DNA of 64,000 nucleotides from Nitrosopumilus sp. (GCA_963662625.1 OY759726.1:1696001-1760000), one strand, 5' to 3'. Counted from the stretch's first letter, positions 1 through 10,248 are shown. Numbers and translations: made by a program. Notes: generated by a model not told the origin, from the letters alone.

Positions 1-1494
1 CGGCACCATGGCATAGTCCGTCCTTACGTCAAGCTCGTCCCTGGTCAGCACGATGCCGCGTCTTGCGCCCGACTTGTCCAGAAAGTGGGTCATGCCGCCG
101 AGCTCCCTGTGGGCCACCCTGTTCCTGTACTTGACCTCCACCGGGACCTCGAAGCCTTTCTCCTGGTACATCACAAAATCCACCTCCCGGCCGTTCCCGT
201 CCTTCCAGTGGAAGACCTGGTTGGTATAGTCAAACCCCTGCTTGTTTGCGGCCAGATCGAACGAGAGCCTTGCCAGGTGGTCGGCCACCGCGCCCTCCAC
301 CACGCCTCCCGTGTTGGCCTGGCTGGCAAGAAACTCCTCGGATGCCTCGAATGGGTCCCTCGTGTTGTGCCACCAGTTGAACACGTGTAGGTAAAACGGA
401 TCCCGGAAATACAGTTTCTTTTCCTTGGATATGCGCGGCGCCTTTCTCTTCTCCCCGTACCTGTGGATCACGTACACCAGCGAGAGATCGTTTAGTAGCC
501 ACGTGTAGTCCCGTGCAGCGTCACCGCCATTCAGCTCGGCCCCCAGCCTCAGGCTGTTCCAGGACGTGCCGGATCCCATGCTTCGTATTATGGCACCCGT
601 CAACTGCTTTAGCAGGACGTCGTTTCTTGATGGGCCCCAGTCCCCCCTGATCCCGTTGAGGTAGCTCAGGTAAAGATCGGACGAGACGAAGTTGGTTCTG
701 ATCTTCTCGTCCACTATCTTCGGCGTCCCGCCCACCATGAGGTATTCGTGCAGGTGCTCGTTCAGCCGGTCCACGAATCTGCCGTGCAGCAGGTCCGCTC
801 CCTCGGGGATGTCCCCGGCGGACAGTTGCAGAAAGCCGTCCCTTTGCCTCCCGGGCGCGAGCAAGCGGTGCTCCTGCACAAACCCGCGCACCTCCGCGTC
901 TCGGATCATCACAAACTCGCAGAACTTCATCGGGGCAAGGACCCTGTCGTAGGGATCCGTCGTCCTTCCCCTCCTGCCTGGCAGCCGTTCTGCCCCGCGC
1001 AGGATGCCTGCCGCCTGCGAGCCCGTGGCCAGTATCGTGCAGTTCTCCACCTTGCCCGAGTCCACCAGCCACTTGATCCCCTTCTGCCAGTCGCCGACCG
1101 AAGTTATCTCGTCCAGGAAGATATACGTCCTGCTTGGGCCCTTCCTGTAGTTTCTGCCCAACCGCAGGTACGACTCGATCACTTCGACCAGCTCGGATTT
1201 TGATCCCGACAGGTCGAAGGAGTAGTAGAGGACGTTCCATGGGTTGACGTGCCTGCGGGTCAAAAAGTCCATTATCTGCAGCTTGATCATGGTGGTCTTT
1301 CCCACCTGTCTCGGCCCGCGTACCGTGTAGATTACCGTGTTGTCCGGCTCAAAGTCGTACCTGATCTGGTGCCTCAGCCGCGGGTCGTACCTTATGGTGG
1401 ATCCTTGCCACTGGACTATCTTGGCATCTTCCTTTATGCCGTTCCCCGTCTTCCACCACGGGTTTGCCTCCCTTATCTGGGTGTCCGTGACCAT
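1..1494 (-). CDS. AAA+ ATPase (AAA_14) with DUF4143/PD-(D/E)XK-like C-terminus; runs off window start
   Basis: Manual translation from ATG 1494: MVTDTQIREANPWW..., Walker A GPRQVGKT, Walker B IFLDE, ATGS, C-terminal REVDFV...PVEVKY. It is absent from the ORF track because it has no stop within the window. Confidence 0.88.
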   Translation of the reverse strand, partial: MVTDTQIREANPWWKTGNGIKEDAKIVQWQGSTIRYDPRLRHQIRYDFEPDNTVIYTVRGPRQVGKTTMIKLQIMDFLTRRHVNPWNVLYYSFDLSGSKSELVEVIESYLRLGRNYRKGPSRTYIFLDEITSVGDWQKGIKWLVDSGKVENCTILATGSQAAGILRGAERLPGRRGRTTDPYDRVLAPMKFCEFVMIRDAEVRGFVQEHRLLAPGRQRDGFLQLSAGDIPEGADLLHGRFVDRLNEHLHEYLMVGGTPKIVDEKIRTNFVSSDLYLSYLNGIRGDWGPSRNDVLLKQLTGAIIRSMGSGTSWNSLRLGAELNGGDAARDYTWLLNDLSLVYVIHRYGEKRKAPRISKEKKLYFRDPFYLHVFNWWHNTRDPFEASEEFLASQANTGGVVEGAVADHLARLSFDLAANKQGFDYTNQVFHWKDGNGREVDFVMYQEKGFEVPVEVKYRNRVAHRELGGMTHFLDKSGARRGIVLTRDELDVRTDYAMVP

Positions 1495-1540
1495 GGTGCC
1501 CACTCGTATAAGTTTTTTATATAGTTGTTGTTAGAACACA

Positions 1541-1600
1541 GTTAACTTCTTTATATGTAAACCAAATGATAGGGTTAACTTCTTTATATATAAGCCAAAT
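1541..1600. repeat. Two 27-bp direct repeats (period 33) in the AT-rich upstream region of the ATPase
   Basis: gttaacttctttatatgtaaaccaaat (1541-1567) vs gttaacttctttatatataagccaaat (1574-1600), 25/27 identical. Confidence 0.85.
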
Positions 1601-2117
1601 AACGGGGACGGCCTTGCTGTGTAGAGATGCCGCAAGCCGGGCAGGCAGGGTCGTGCCGCGCCTAGATGGCCATCGCGTGGATCTCCAAGCCTGCGCCCCT
1701 GATGCCTTCGCCCCGGACCTGCCGCGTACGTCATACTAGCCGGCACGGGCCAGGACATGCCCTGGATCGGCACATCGACAGGTAAAGCCACGGCTTTCCT
1801 GCCATGATCTCCCTGCCTCTCTGCTGTTTATGTGCGTGCTAGTCACAATGGGCATAAACCAGCAAAAAATGCTGAACGTAGCATGGCTAATGGCGGGCGG
1901 CGTGAGCGCGACTCCAGGATCCCGCCGCCGTCCTGCCTCCTGCAGCTCCATGAAAGGCATGCATGGCGTGTGCCGCGGCCTCGGGGCCCCCGGCGCGGCG
2001 TGGGGCGTGCCTGCGCGGCCGCCGCGCCCACGCGGGCCGGGGCCGCGCCTGCCTCTTGCGTGGTCTGGGAATAGTCTCGGTGGCGGCGTGGTGCCAGAAG
2101 CGCGCGGGACTGCCGGA

Positions 2118-2966
2118 TCAGGGCTGGGGGGCCGGAATCTGGGTCTCCAGCATGCCTTCCTCCATCATCTTCTCTCGCAGCATGATCATCCTCTCGAGGT
2201 CCGCCGCGTCGTACCCTTCTGCCAGGCTCTGGTTTACGTGCAGCACCGCCTTGTTGGTGCCCTCGTACGGGCTCCCGACCCTCGCGGGCAGCGCGTCTGC
2301 CTGCTCCTGCAGCACCACCACGGTTCCGGGGGGCACGTACTTTCCGTCCGGTATGGTAACTCCGCCGGTGATCGTGGACGCCACGCCTACCGCCACGTCG
2401 TTTCCTATCTTCGCGTTAAATACGAGGGTCTCCATGCCGATGAACGTGTTGCTCCCTATCCACGTGGGGCCGTGGATCATGGCGCCGTGCGCCAGGCTGG
2501 TGTTGTCCCCCACGTATACGGCGTAGCCGTCGGCGAACGCCGGGTCGCTTCCCATCAGCCTGTCGCCGTCGGCAGAGAACCGGCGGTTGTCGAGGTTCAC
2601 GCCCTCGCTGGTGGTCTCCAGAGCGTGGAGCACCACGCCGTCCTGCATGTTGCTCCCGTCGCCCACGCGGATCGGGGTGCCCTCGTCGCCGCGGCACACC
2701 GCCGTGGGCGCCACGAAGACCATCTTGCCGATGTAGCAGTTCCCTATCACCACCGCGAACGGGTGTATGAACGCCTCCGACTCGATGCCCGGCATGGTCG
2801 TCGAGCTGTTAAAGTCGGTCAGCACGTTCTCGTGGACGTTTGGCCACCCGGCCCCTTTGTCGCTGCCGGCCATAACGTCCGGCCCGCTTTCCGGCCCAGT
2901 CTGGACTATGTAGAACCCCACGACCAGCGCGGCCGCGGCTGACACGGCTATGGTGCTGGCCGCCAT
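2118..2966 (-). CDS. Gamma-class carbonic anhydrase (Cam-like) with N-terminal signal/membrane anchor
   Basis: Hexapeptide repeats; RGDEG, NMQDGVVLHALE and LAHGAMIHGP give three Zn-binding His; hydrophobic N-terminus. Start set at the MAASTIAV Met. Confidence 0.88.
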   Translation of the reverse strand: MAASTIAVSAAAALVVGFYIVQTGPESGPDVMAGSDKGAGWPNVHENVLTDFNSSTTMPGIESEAFIHPFAVVIGNCYIGKMVFVAPTAVCRGDEGTPIRVGDGSNMQDGVVLHALETTSEGVNLDNRRFSADGDRLMGSDPAFADGYAVYVGDNTSLAHGAMIHGPTWIGSNTFIGMETLVFNAKIGNDVAVGVASTITGGVTIPDGKYVPPGTVVVLQEQADALPARVGSPYEGTNKAVLHVNQSLAEGYDAADLERMIMLREKMMEEGMLETQIPAPQP

Positions 2967-3212
2967 GGCGGCGTACTTGTTCACGGCTTTCGTGCCATGG
3001 CGCCGTATATTACCTTTGTTGGATCGGGCCGCGGGCCGCACGCCGGGGCAGCCCGCGGCCTGCACCCCGCCCGGACCAGCCATGTTCCAGGATCCCGGTC
3101 TGGGAGCGCGCCTTTTGGGGGCGGCCGCCGCCCTGCAGGGCGCCCGGACGGCGCGGGCCGGAGCGGGGGGCAGTCCGGGGCGTGCCGGCGGGGGCCCGGC
3201 GGCACCGCGCGT

Positions 3213-3581
3213 TCATGGGACGTCCGGCGCCTGATCAAACCGCGCGTTCCACCGCCTTGACCAGCGCCTGATGAGCAAGACCGCCGCTATCCACGTCCCT
3301 GCCGCCAGGGCCAGGGTGAATGCCTGCAGGTCGACCGTGTCGCACGTGTCGAGGAAGAGGAACAGCGCCCAGTTGGGCTCGCACCCGTCCAGATCGACTA
3401 ACGCGCGGTCGGTGTGCCCCATCAGGTGTGGCACCAGGTTCCCCAGCGCGATGACCGGGATCCACACCAGCGCGAGGTACCTCCTCAGCTTCTTGATCCT
3501 GTAGGACGCGAAGAGATCGCCTACCGGAACCAGGACGATCAGCGTCTGGAAAAGCAGGTTGACCCTTCCGCTGGCAGGCAT
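3213..3581 (-). CDS. Small membrane protein
   Basis: 122-aa ORF with three hydrophobic segments; AT-rich promoter-like sequence at 3606-3630. Confidence 0.65.
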   Translation of the reverse strand: MPASGRVNLLFQTLIVLVPVGDLFASYRIKKLRRYLALVWIPVIALGNLVPHLMGHTDRALVDLDGCEPNWALFLFLDTCDTVDLQAFTLALAAGTWIAAVLLIRRWSRRWNARFDQAPDVP

Positions 3582-3641
3582 CGCCCCGTGGTGGCGCCGG
3601 CCAGCCTAAATGTGTTCTGCAAATATTAGTCTGTTGAACAC

Positions 3642-5034
3642 ATGATAACCACCCAGGCGTAGTTGCCCCGATGGATAGACCCCTTGTATGGTGTGGGCCG
3701 GGCGCCCTTCGCCATGAATGGGGCAATCCGAGATGCTGTGTGACTGGGCCGGGCGCCCTGATGGGCGTGTGCAGCTTCCGGCCCGTCAGGCATCCGAAAG
3801 GAGGTGGTAGGAAAGGATGAGAAAACCAAGCATAGGGACGGGCATGGGGAAGAAAAAGTGCGAGCGTGTGTGGTGGACGATACAGGGAAGTTCCCCTAGA
3901 GGGGGCAGTACCCCAATACCCGGTACGGCGCGGGGAAGTTCGCAGGGGCGATGGAGCGCAGGTACCTGGGCGGCGGCCCCTGCAGGCCGCCCGCGGGACG
4001 ACTGGCAACACGCGGGACAGGACGCCTAGTGCCTCCGGGACGGCCGGGACCGGCATCAAACCGGCCAACACGCACAGGACGGCCCTGATAGCCTGGACCG
4101 CCAAGACCGGCAGGATTGACGCAGAGAATATGGCGCAGGTGCCGGGGACGGGCATGGTGCCGGAGCGCTGCGTCCCCACGGGCCACGCCAGGGGGATGCG
4201 CGCGATGGCCGGGCAGGGGGCCGGGATGGCCCGGGACAGGACGCGCGTGGCAAGCCGCGCCCGCAGCCTCCCGGGCCGCCACGACGCCAAAATTGACGCC
4301 CCCGTCATGCACTCCGAAAGGGCCCTGGGGCAGCCGGAGTCCGCGGGGCCGGGCCCCGGGCACGACGGGTCGGTCCTGGGCCGGCGCGCCCGGCAGGCGG
4401 GGCACCTGACGGTGGAGATCTCCGTGACGGGGGGCTCCCCGGGACGGGGGCCGCCCACAGCGGCGACGCGAGGCTGCCGGTCGGCATGACCGGCGTCGGC
4501 GCGTTCACCGCGGTGCTGATGGCCCCCGGGATCGGGGGACGTCCCCGGGTCCGGGGGGGGGCCAAGGCAGGAGGCATCGTGGGCCGGGACGTTCCCGGCG
4601 GCCTGCCAGTCGGGGAACCGGCTGCGCGCGGGGAGGATCAAGAAGATCGATCCCGGCAGCCTGGCCAGCCGGGCCATACGCGGGGCCGCGAACACCGCCG
4701 CGCGGCACGACGCCAGGATGGAAGCAGTGTACGCGTCCGCGCGCCGGATGCACGCGGACGAGCACGGGCCGGCCATAATCGTGGCGGCCCACAAGATGGT
4801 CGCCATGATGTGGCATGTGCCGGCCACCGGGACGCTCCATGGGTCCCGCAACGGGGGGCCGTGCCGGAGCAAGCTGGCCGGGACGGGGAAGACGCGCCGG
4901 GGGCGGCCCCCCGTGCTGCCCGCATCCCGGACCGTCTTGCCGGCGCTGGCCATGAATCCCATGCCATGCAACCCAGGCACGGATCGGAAAAGCCGCGGGA
5001 TGCATTGCGGCAGCTACGCCTGGGTGGTTAACAT
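3642..5034 (+). mobile_element. Decayed IS110-family element bounded by ~32-bp inverted repeats
   Basis: Frameshifted fragments from 3817 to ~4900: SIGTGMGKKKC (IGID-like), AKTGRIDA (KTDxxDA-like), RDRTRVASR, TGVGAFTA, WAGTFPAACQSG (catalytic Ser), AHKMVAMMWH. IRs at 3642-3673 and 5003-5034 have 4 mismatches. Confidence 0.85.
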
Positions 5035-5135
5035 AGGAGCGCCACTCTGCCTTGCGCAGGATGTGGGATCTTGGGTATCTTGCACGTAGATCTTGTTCTA
5101 CGAGTGGCAGGCTTGGACGTGCGGTACAGCCGTGT

Positions 5136-6803
5136 CTACCCCCACCCCAGGACGTCGTGGTACGGCTTTGGGACCAGATCCCTCGAGTCGTTGAGCAGCG
5201 GCTCCACGGCCGAGTCCAGCACGTACGTCACGGCCCAGTCGCGCCTGCCCCTGACGGAGCGGCCGAGCCCCTGCAGGATCTTCGTGACCACCTGCGACCG
5301 GTACCAGAGCGGGTACCTGCTCATCTTGGCCGCCACCCACCTTTCAGTCGGGTTCGGGAACGGCGCCTTGGCTATCACCTGGAACCTGGACAGGTCGTCC
5401 TTCAGGTCCACGCCCTGCCAGAGGGACGACGACACTAGGACGCCGTTGTCCGACTCTGCGTGCTCCCTGATGATGTCCCTCTGCGTCCTCCCGCCGGGGT
5501 TCGTGGCGTGGCAGATCCTGACGCGCTCCCGGTTCCCCGGGGACACGTTCTCCGAGATGTCGACGCACCTGGCAACCGACGAAGTCAGGATCAGGCCCCT
5601 CTGGTCCCCGTGCCTTGACAGTATCTGGTCGATCTTCTCCCACACGATTCCCTCCACCCCGCGGGGGCTCCGGTGGCTGAGTTTCGCGGCGTTCACAAAC
5701 TCCACCCTGCGGTTCTCGGGGGGAAACGGCGAGCGGGGGGTCTCCACCAGCGCCACCTCGTCTGGCTGGATCCCGGTGTTCTGGCAGAACGATTCCTTGT
5801 CCACCGTGGCGGACATGAAGATCTGGTACGGCGTGACGATGAAGCGCTCGACGTACCGCGAGATGTCCAGGGGCCTTATCTCGACCGACTCGAACCTCCC
5901 GCCGTCGTAGGCCGCCTCGTTGATGATGAAGTTCCCCGGGTCGGAGGACACCTCGAACCTGGCGTCGGCGAACGCCTCGTGCATCCTGTCCAGCCGGCTC
6001 ACCGCGCCGTAGTCGGGGCGCCTCCGGAACGCCTCGCTCTCCCGTACCTCCATGGCCTTGCGCGCGTATGGCCTCGCCATGTCGTCGAGCAGCGCGGCGA
6101 CGGAATCGGTGTCGGACAGGCGGCGCGGCTCTACCCTGATCCCGCACTCGCCCGCGTGCCCCCGGCACACCCTGATCCCGACGAACCGCATGATCTGGTC
6201 CTCCATCGAGTGGGATTCGTCGAACACCGAGATCACCCTGTCCCTGAGGTAGTCGCCGTACGGCCCCTGGTTGTGCTTGACTACCTGGAAGTATGAGTAA
6301 TAGTTCCACACCGAGTGGTCCGCCAGCAGCGCGGAGAACTTTTGCTCGTAGTAGGGGCAGACGATCTCGTCGAACGTCCCGTCCTTGTACTGGACTATGT
6401 GCGGCTTGAACTTGCAGTTTTTCCGCCGCCCGTCCTCGGACGCCTCCTCGCACTCGCCCTTGTCGCCGGTCAGCCCCCGGGCCATAGCCGTCCCGTACTC
6501 CTGCAGGTCGATCCCCTCCTGCTCCATCGCCTTGAAGCAGGGGAAGTTGGCCTTGCCTTTTGCCGGCACCGCCTCGAAGTCGCTGGCGTACTGATCCTGG
6601 AGGTGCCTCGACGCCGTGACGACGAAGGACCTCTGGTAGCTCCTCGCCAGGGCCATGGCGATGGCGGACTTGCCTATCCCGGTGGGAGCTGAGAGCAGGA
6701 TCCTCCTGTACCCGGACTTTAGGCGTTGCTGTATCTCGTCGAGTATCTCCCTTTGGGAGTCCCTTATCTGAAACTGCGGAGGGAAGTTGTCCGAAAGGCT
6801 CAG
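5136..6803 (-). CDS. Rad3/XPD/DinG-family ATP-dependent DNA helicase
   Basis: Q motif (RDSQREI), Walker A APTGIGKS, FeS Cys residues, DESH, SAT, QGVD, QGLGRSVR. Walker A lies upstream of the first in-frame ATG (6656), so the start is set at CTG 6803. Confidence 0.9.
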   Translation of the reverse strand: MSLSDNFPPQFQIRDSQREILDEIQQRLKSGYRRILLSAPTGIGKSAIAMALARSYQRSFVVTASRHLQDQYASDFEAVPAKGKANFPCFKAMEQEGIDLQEYGTAMARGLTGDKGECEEASEDGRRKNCKFKPHIVQYKDGTFDEIVCPYYEQKFSALLADHSVWNYYSYFQVVKHNQGPYGDYLRDRVISVFDESHSMEDQIMRFVGIRVCRGHAGECGIRVEPRRLSDTDSVAALLDDMARPYARKAMEVRESEAFRRRPDYGAVSRLDRMHEAFADARFEVSSDPGNFIINEAAYDGGRFESVEIRPLDISRYVERFIVTPYQIFMSATVDKESFCQNTGIQPDEVALVETPRSPFPPENRRVEFVNAAKLSHRSPRGVEGIVWEKIDQILSRHGDQRGLILTSSVARCVDISENVSPGNRERVRICHATNPGGRTQRDIIREHAESDNGVLVSSSLWQGVDLKDDLSRFQVIAKAPFPNPTERWVAAKMSRYPLWYRSQVVTKILQGLGRSVRGRRDWAVTYVLDSAVEPLLNDSRDLVPKPYHDVLGWG

Positions 6804-6885
6804 GGATCAGGTTTGGCCCCATGTTTAAAATACTTGCCCCCAAAACCCGCCCAACCCTTAATTCGGATGCCCCCGCACGCAGGGC

Positions 6886-7602
6886 ATGGCCGTGATATAT
6901 GGCGCCGCGGACAGCGAGGTGCGACTCCTCGGCCTGTACCCCGGGCACATCAGGGGGATTGGCGACATAGCCAGGGCCGAGGCCAGGGTGCGGGAGGGGC
7001 TTGGGGAAGGCGCGGCTGGGCTGCTGGCGAGGATCAGGCGGTGGCGGCTGAAGCGGCAGCATGTCCAGCTTGAAAGGAACAGGTCCTCCCCGTACCACGC
7101 GGGGGCCGTCGGGGAGAACAGGGCCATCGGCGTGCTGTCGCGGCTGGGCGACGGATACCACGTGTTGTGCGGCGTGAGGATCAACCTGCCGTACTTTATC
7201 TCGTACGGCGGGCGGAAGAACCTCGGGTCGGCCCAGATCGACTTCGTCGTGGTCTCTAGGAATGGGGTGTTCGTGGTGGAGGTGAAGAACTGGAGCGACG
7301 ATTACGTCCGCAGGGGGGGCTATTTCAGCCCCCACGAGCAGGCCGGGCGCGCGGGCCGGCTGCTGTGGCACGTCCTAAAGTCGTGGAGGAACGTGCCGGG
7401 TAGGGTGACCAGCGTGGTGCTGTCGATCCGGGGCAACATCAGGTACGACCCGGATCACAGGGCGGTCTTCGTAGCAGACCTTGGCAACATAAACAGGCTC
7501 CTGGAGGGCGGTAGGGACGAGATATCCGAAGTGGACGTCGGGAGGATCGTGGCGCGGCTCAGGGGGCACGTGGCGATGCCCGATCGCGTGAGCAGGGCGT
7601 AA
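6886..7602 (+). CDS. NERD (nuclease-related domain) protein
   Basis: GAVGENR, QIDFVVVSRNGVFVVEVKNW and SPHEQA motifs. Confidence 0.85.
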   Translation: MAVIYGAADSEVRLLGLYPGHIRGIGDIARAEARVREGLGEGAAGLLARIRRWRLKRQHVQLERNRSSPYHAGAVGENRAIGVLSRLGDGYHVLCGVRINLPYFISYGGRKNLGSAQIDFVVVSRNGVFVVEVKNWSDDYVRRGGYFSPHEQAGRAGRLLWHVLKSWRNVPGRVTSVVLSIRGNIRYDPDHRAVFVADLGNINRLLEGGRDEISEVDVGRIVARLRGHVAMPDRVSRA

Positions 7603-7845
7603 CGTACCGGCGACGCGCCGCTTGGGATTTTCTGCGGGGGCCGCGCGCGGATCTTCCATGATCGCGCGCGGGCCGGCCGCCCTAACCGCGGGTGGCCTTT
7701 GCCGCAGCATGCCCGGAACCGGGCTTCCCAATTCTGCGTGTCGGGGAAGGGGGACGACCTGAGGGGCCAGACGCGGGCCGCCTTGCAGCTCTGTTTCCAG
7801 CCAGCCCGGCTACAGGAAGGGGGAGGTGCTCTCGGGCCGCTCGGA

Positions 7846-8787
7846 TCAGGATCCGTGCCAGTAACAATTCACGGCGTCAGACAAGTCGTTGTACTCGTTG
7901 ACCATCGGATCCAGCTTGCTAACCAACCTGTTGTACTCGTCGACCACCGGGGCCATCGTGCTGTTGAACCTGACTGAGCTTGGCGAATACTCGCCAGACT
8001 CGTATTCCCCCCGTGTCATGCCCCACTGTTCTATTGTGCCGACGTATTCCGCATCCACCGCAGACAGCCTCGCCTCCAAGGGGGCCATGGCCGCGTCCAG
8101 ATCGCCCAGCCTGTCCCGGAGCGGCCCCTCGCCCACAAAATACGCCGTCTCCGAGCTACCTGGTATGTTGTATCCCAGCGTCTGAAAGTCATCTTGGACG
8201 AATTCGTCGTCGCCGTACATCAGGTGGCCTTCGTCTGAGTGGTGCTCGAGCCCCAGCATGTGGCCTATTTCATGCATCGTCGTCTCAGCTATCGCGTCCT
8301 TCCCCCACTGCACGTACCTGCCGTTGCAGTCGTAATCGCCAAGGTGGATGGTTATCGTGCCCCTGTTTCTCCCAGTGCTTTCTGCCAGGCCGACATGATC
8401 CAGCGCGGGTTCGGTCTCCCACCGTATGTTGATGTCGGCGCTACCGTCGGACCTCTCAAAGTCCAGCGCCTCGTTTTCCTGCTCCCATGCTTCAAAGCCC
8501 TCCTCGACTCCTGAAATGACCACTTCCTTGTACTGGATCTCCGGCAATGCGGTAGCGTCCCACGTTATCGTCCCTGGGCTGTCCACAGCCGCACCCGTGC
8601 CGGAATCCCGCGAATCCTGCGGGTCGGTCGTGGCAGACAGCCCGGCGCCACTGCCGGGGCGGACACCCGTACCGGAATCTTGAGGATCCTGCGGTCCGGG
8701 CCCTGAATTGTGCGCCCCGAACACGGCCAAGGCGCCAAAGAGGGCCGCGATTGCCACGACCACAGCCACCTTCCTGCCCATTGCCAT
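7846..8787 (-). CDS. Secreted matrixin (M10) zinc metalloprotease
   Basis: HEIGHMLGLEH zinc motif, LMY Met-turn, N-terminal signal segment. Confidence 0.88.
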   Translation of the reverse strand: MAMGRKVAVVVAIAALFGALAVFGAHNSGPGPQDPQDSGTGVRPGSGAGLSATTDPQDSRDSGTGAAVDSPGTITWDATALPEIQYKEVVISGVEEGFEAWEQENEALDFERSDGSADINIRWETEPALDHVGLAESTGRNRGTITIHLGDYDCNGRYVQWGKDAIAETTMHEIGHMLGLEHHSDEGHLMYGDDEFVQDDFQTLGYNIPGSSETAYFVGEGPLRDRLGDLDAAMAPLEARLSAVDAEYVGTIEQWGMTRGEYESGEYSPSSVRFNSTMAPVVDEYNRLVSKLDPMVNEYNDLSDAVNCYWHGS

Positions 8788-9003
8788 GTTGCCAGCGCGG
8801 ACGGAATCTAAAGGTTGTGACGGAGTTAGCCTGCCGCACAATTGCCATAAATTGCCGGGTCTGAACAATTGAGCCACTTGGTATGTCGCACAACCCCGTC
8901 CATACCCGTCCCCGCGGGGCTGTCTTTCGTGCCTGGAAGTCAGGCCATGCGACAGGCCGCGCCGTGCCATGTTTTTACACCTAACACGAATGCCCCCAAG
9001 CGC

Positions 9004-9201
9004 GTGAGATTCCGGGTTTTCATAAGGCGGGACGAGGATGGCGTTTTCGTCTCCGAGGCTCTGGGGCTGCCAAGATGCTTAGCCTAGGGTGATGCGAGGG
9101 AAGGTGCAATAACCGACATCAAGGATGCCATTTCAGGACACATGTCCAGTCTGAAGAGGCACGGCGAACCGATCCCGCTGCGGTTGACGCAGATGCCGTA
9201 G
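9004..9201 (+). pseudogene. hicB: HicB-family antitoxin pseudogene
   Basis: VRFRVFIRRDEDGVFVSEALGLPRCLA*GDAREGAITDIKDAI...HGEPIP, with an internal TAG at 9085 where Gln (QG) is expected. Confidence 0.78.
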
Positions 9202-9207
9202 AGGCAC

Positions 9208-9400
9208 CCGTCTAAGTCCCCGGCCGCCCACGCAGGGGAACTGCCGAAGGCGCTTGGCAAGATCGGGCATCCAGTCGATCACCGGACTGGAAGCCCCATA
9301 ATCCTGAAAAACGGGAACTGCCTGCACAGAAGGATAACCACATGGCGCCGGGCACGGGCTCCGGAGATCGATCTTGCCAGACCGGGACAAATCCTGATCG
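9208..9400 (+). pseudogene. hicA: HicA-family toxin remnant
   Basis: SKSPAAHAGELPKALGKIGHPVDHRTGSPIILK resembles the HicA N-terminus; the GSH His is replaced by Pro, there is no start codon and the frame then breaks. Confidence 0.68.
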
Positions 9401-9709
9401 CGGCTTTTCGGGAGCCACATGCCGCAACGGCACGGGAAGATCCCGGGAAGGCGTACAGAGTACCCGAGGGCAGAAACCGGGATGGCCGCAGCGGACGCGC
9501 CTCGCGCAACCCGGGCGCTGGGGCCACGTACCTTCCCGCCGCCACGCCGGCGCAGGCCGGGCGCGGCGCCCCGGCGCAGGGGAATTGCGGGACGTCCGGG
9601 GAGGTGGGGCGCGCCATGTCGGGGTGCCCGGGGCAGTTCCACGCCGGGCCTTGGTGGGGCGTGTCGGCTGGAGGCCCCCGGGATCCTTTGATCGCCGCCA
9701 CGCGCGGCG

Positions 9710-9856
9710 TCATTCCTCGAGCGCGATCCTCTTCAGGAGCCTGGCCTGTTCCATCTGCAGCGACAGGATCCGCTCCAGGCGGCCCACCCGCTCGTCAAGG
9801 TCGCGCCCCTGGCCGTCCGCGCGGCCACCCGCGGCCCCTGGGTCTTCTCCGGACAT
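9710..9856 (-). CDS. Short hypothetical coiled-coil protein
   Basis: MSGEDP...LDERVGRLERILSLQMEQARLLKRIALEE; TATA-like TTTATT about 25 nt upstream. Confidence 0.45.
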   Translation of the reverse strand: MSGEDPGAAGGRADGQGRDLDERVGRLERILSLQMEQARLLKRIALEE

Positions 9857-10062
9857 GGGCATACATGCGGGCGGCATGGTAATAAAGGAAGTCTTCCAGC
9901 TTCCGGGGAGGGACAGCTTCGGGTGGCGCCGGCGGCGGAGGTGTCCCGCGCGGGCCGGCCTGCCTTGCGGCCCGCGCGAAATCCCGGCCGGGCGGGACGC
10001 CGGCAAGGATCCGGGTTGGGCTGGAACGAAACCCGCCGTGGCGGGGCGCGCCCCGCCTGGCG

Positions 10063-10248
10063 TCAGAGCGTGACCAGGGCGGCAAACGCGAAGGACACCG
10101 CGGTGATGGCGATCCCGATGCCGAGGCACGCCTTTGCCTTCCATGGATCCCTGTGGCGCAGGACAAAGTACGCGATGAGGCCCCCGATCACCCCGAGCAG
10201 GAGCGGGAGCACGTACCACAGGTAGTCCCGTATCTTCAGGGGAGTCAT
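10063..10248 (-). CDS. Small two-TM membrane protein
   Basis: 61 aa: WYVLPLLLGVIGGLIAYFVLRHRDPWKAKACLGIG, two hydrophobic helices. Confidence 0.75.
   Translation of the reverse strand: MTPLKIRDYLWYVLPLLLGVIGGLIAYFVLRHRDPWKAKACLGIGIAITAVSFAFAALVTL

Noticed and set aside
1600-2110. Possible degraded gene or ncRNA in a 500-bp gap
   Set aside because: No recognisable motif or convincing structure; cannot be supported without a search.
3235-7371. Long alternative-frame ORFs (e.g. 3235..4980, 5344..7371, and similar ones throughout)
   Set aside because: These Arg/Gly/Pro-rich shadow ORFs are expected at this GC content and overlap better-supported features.
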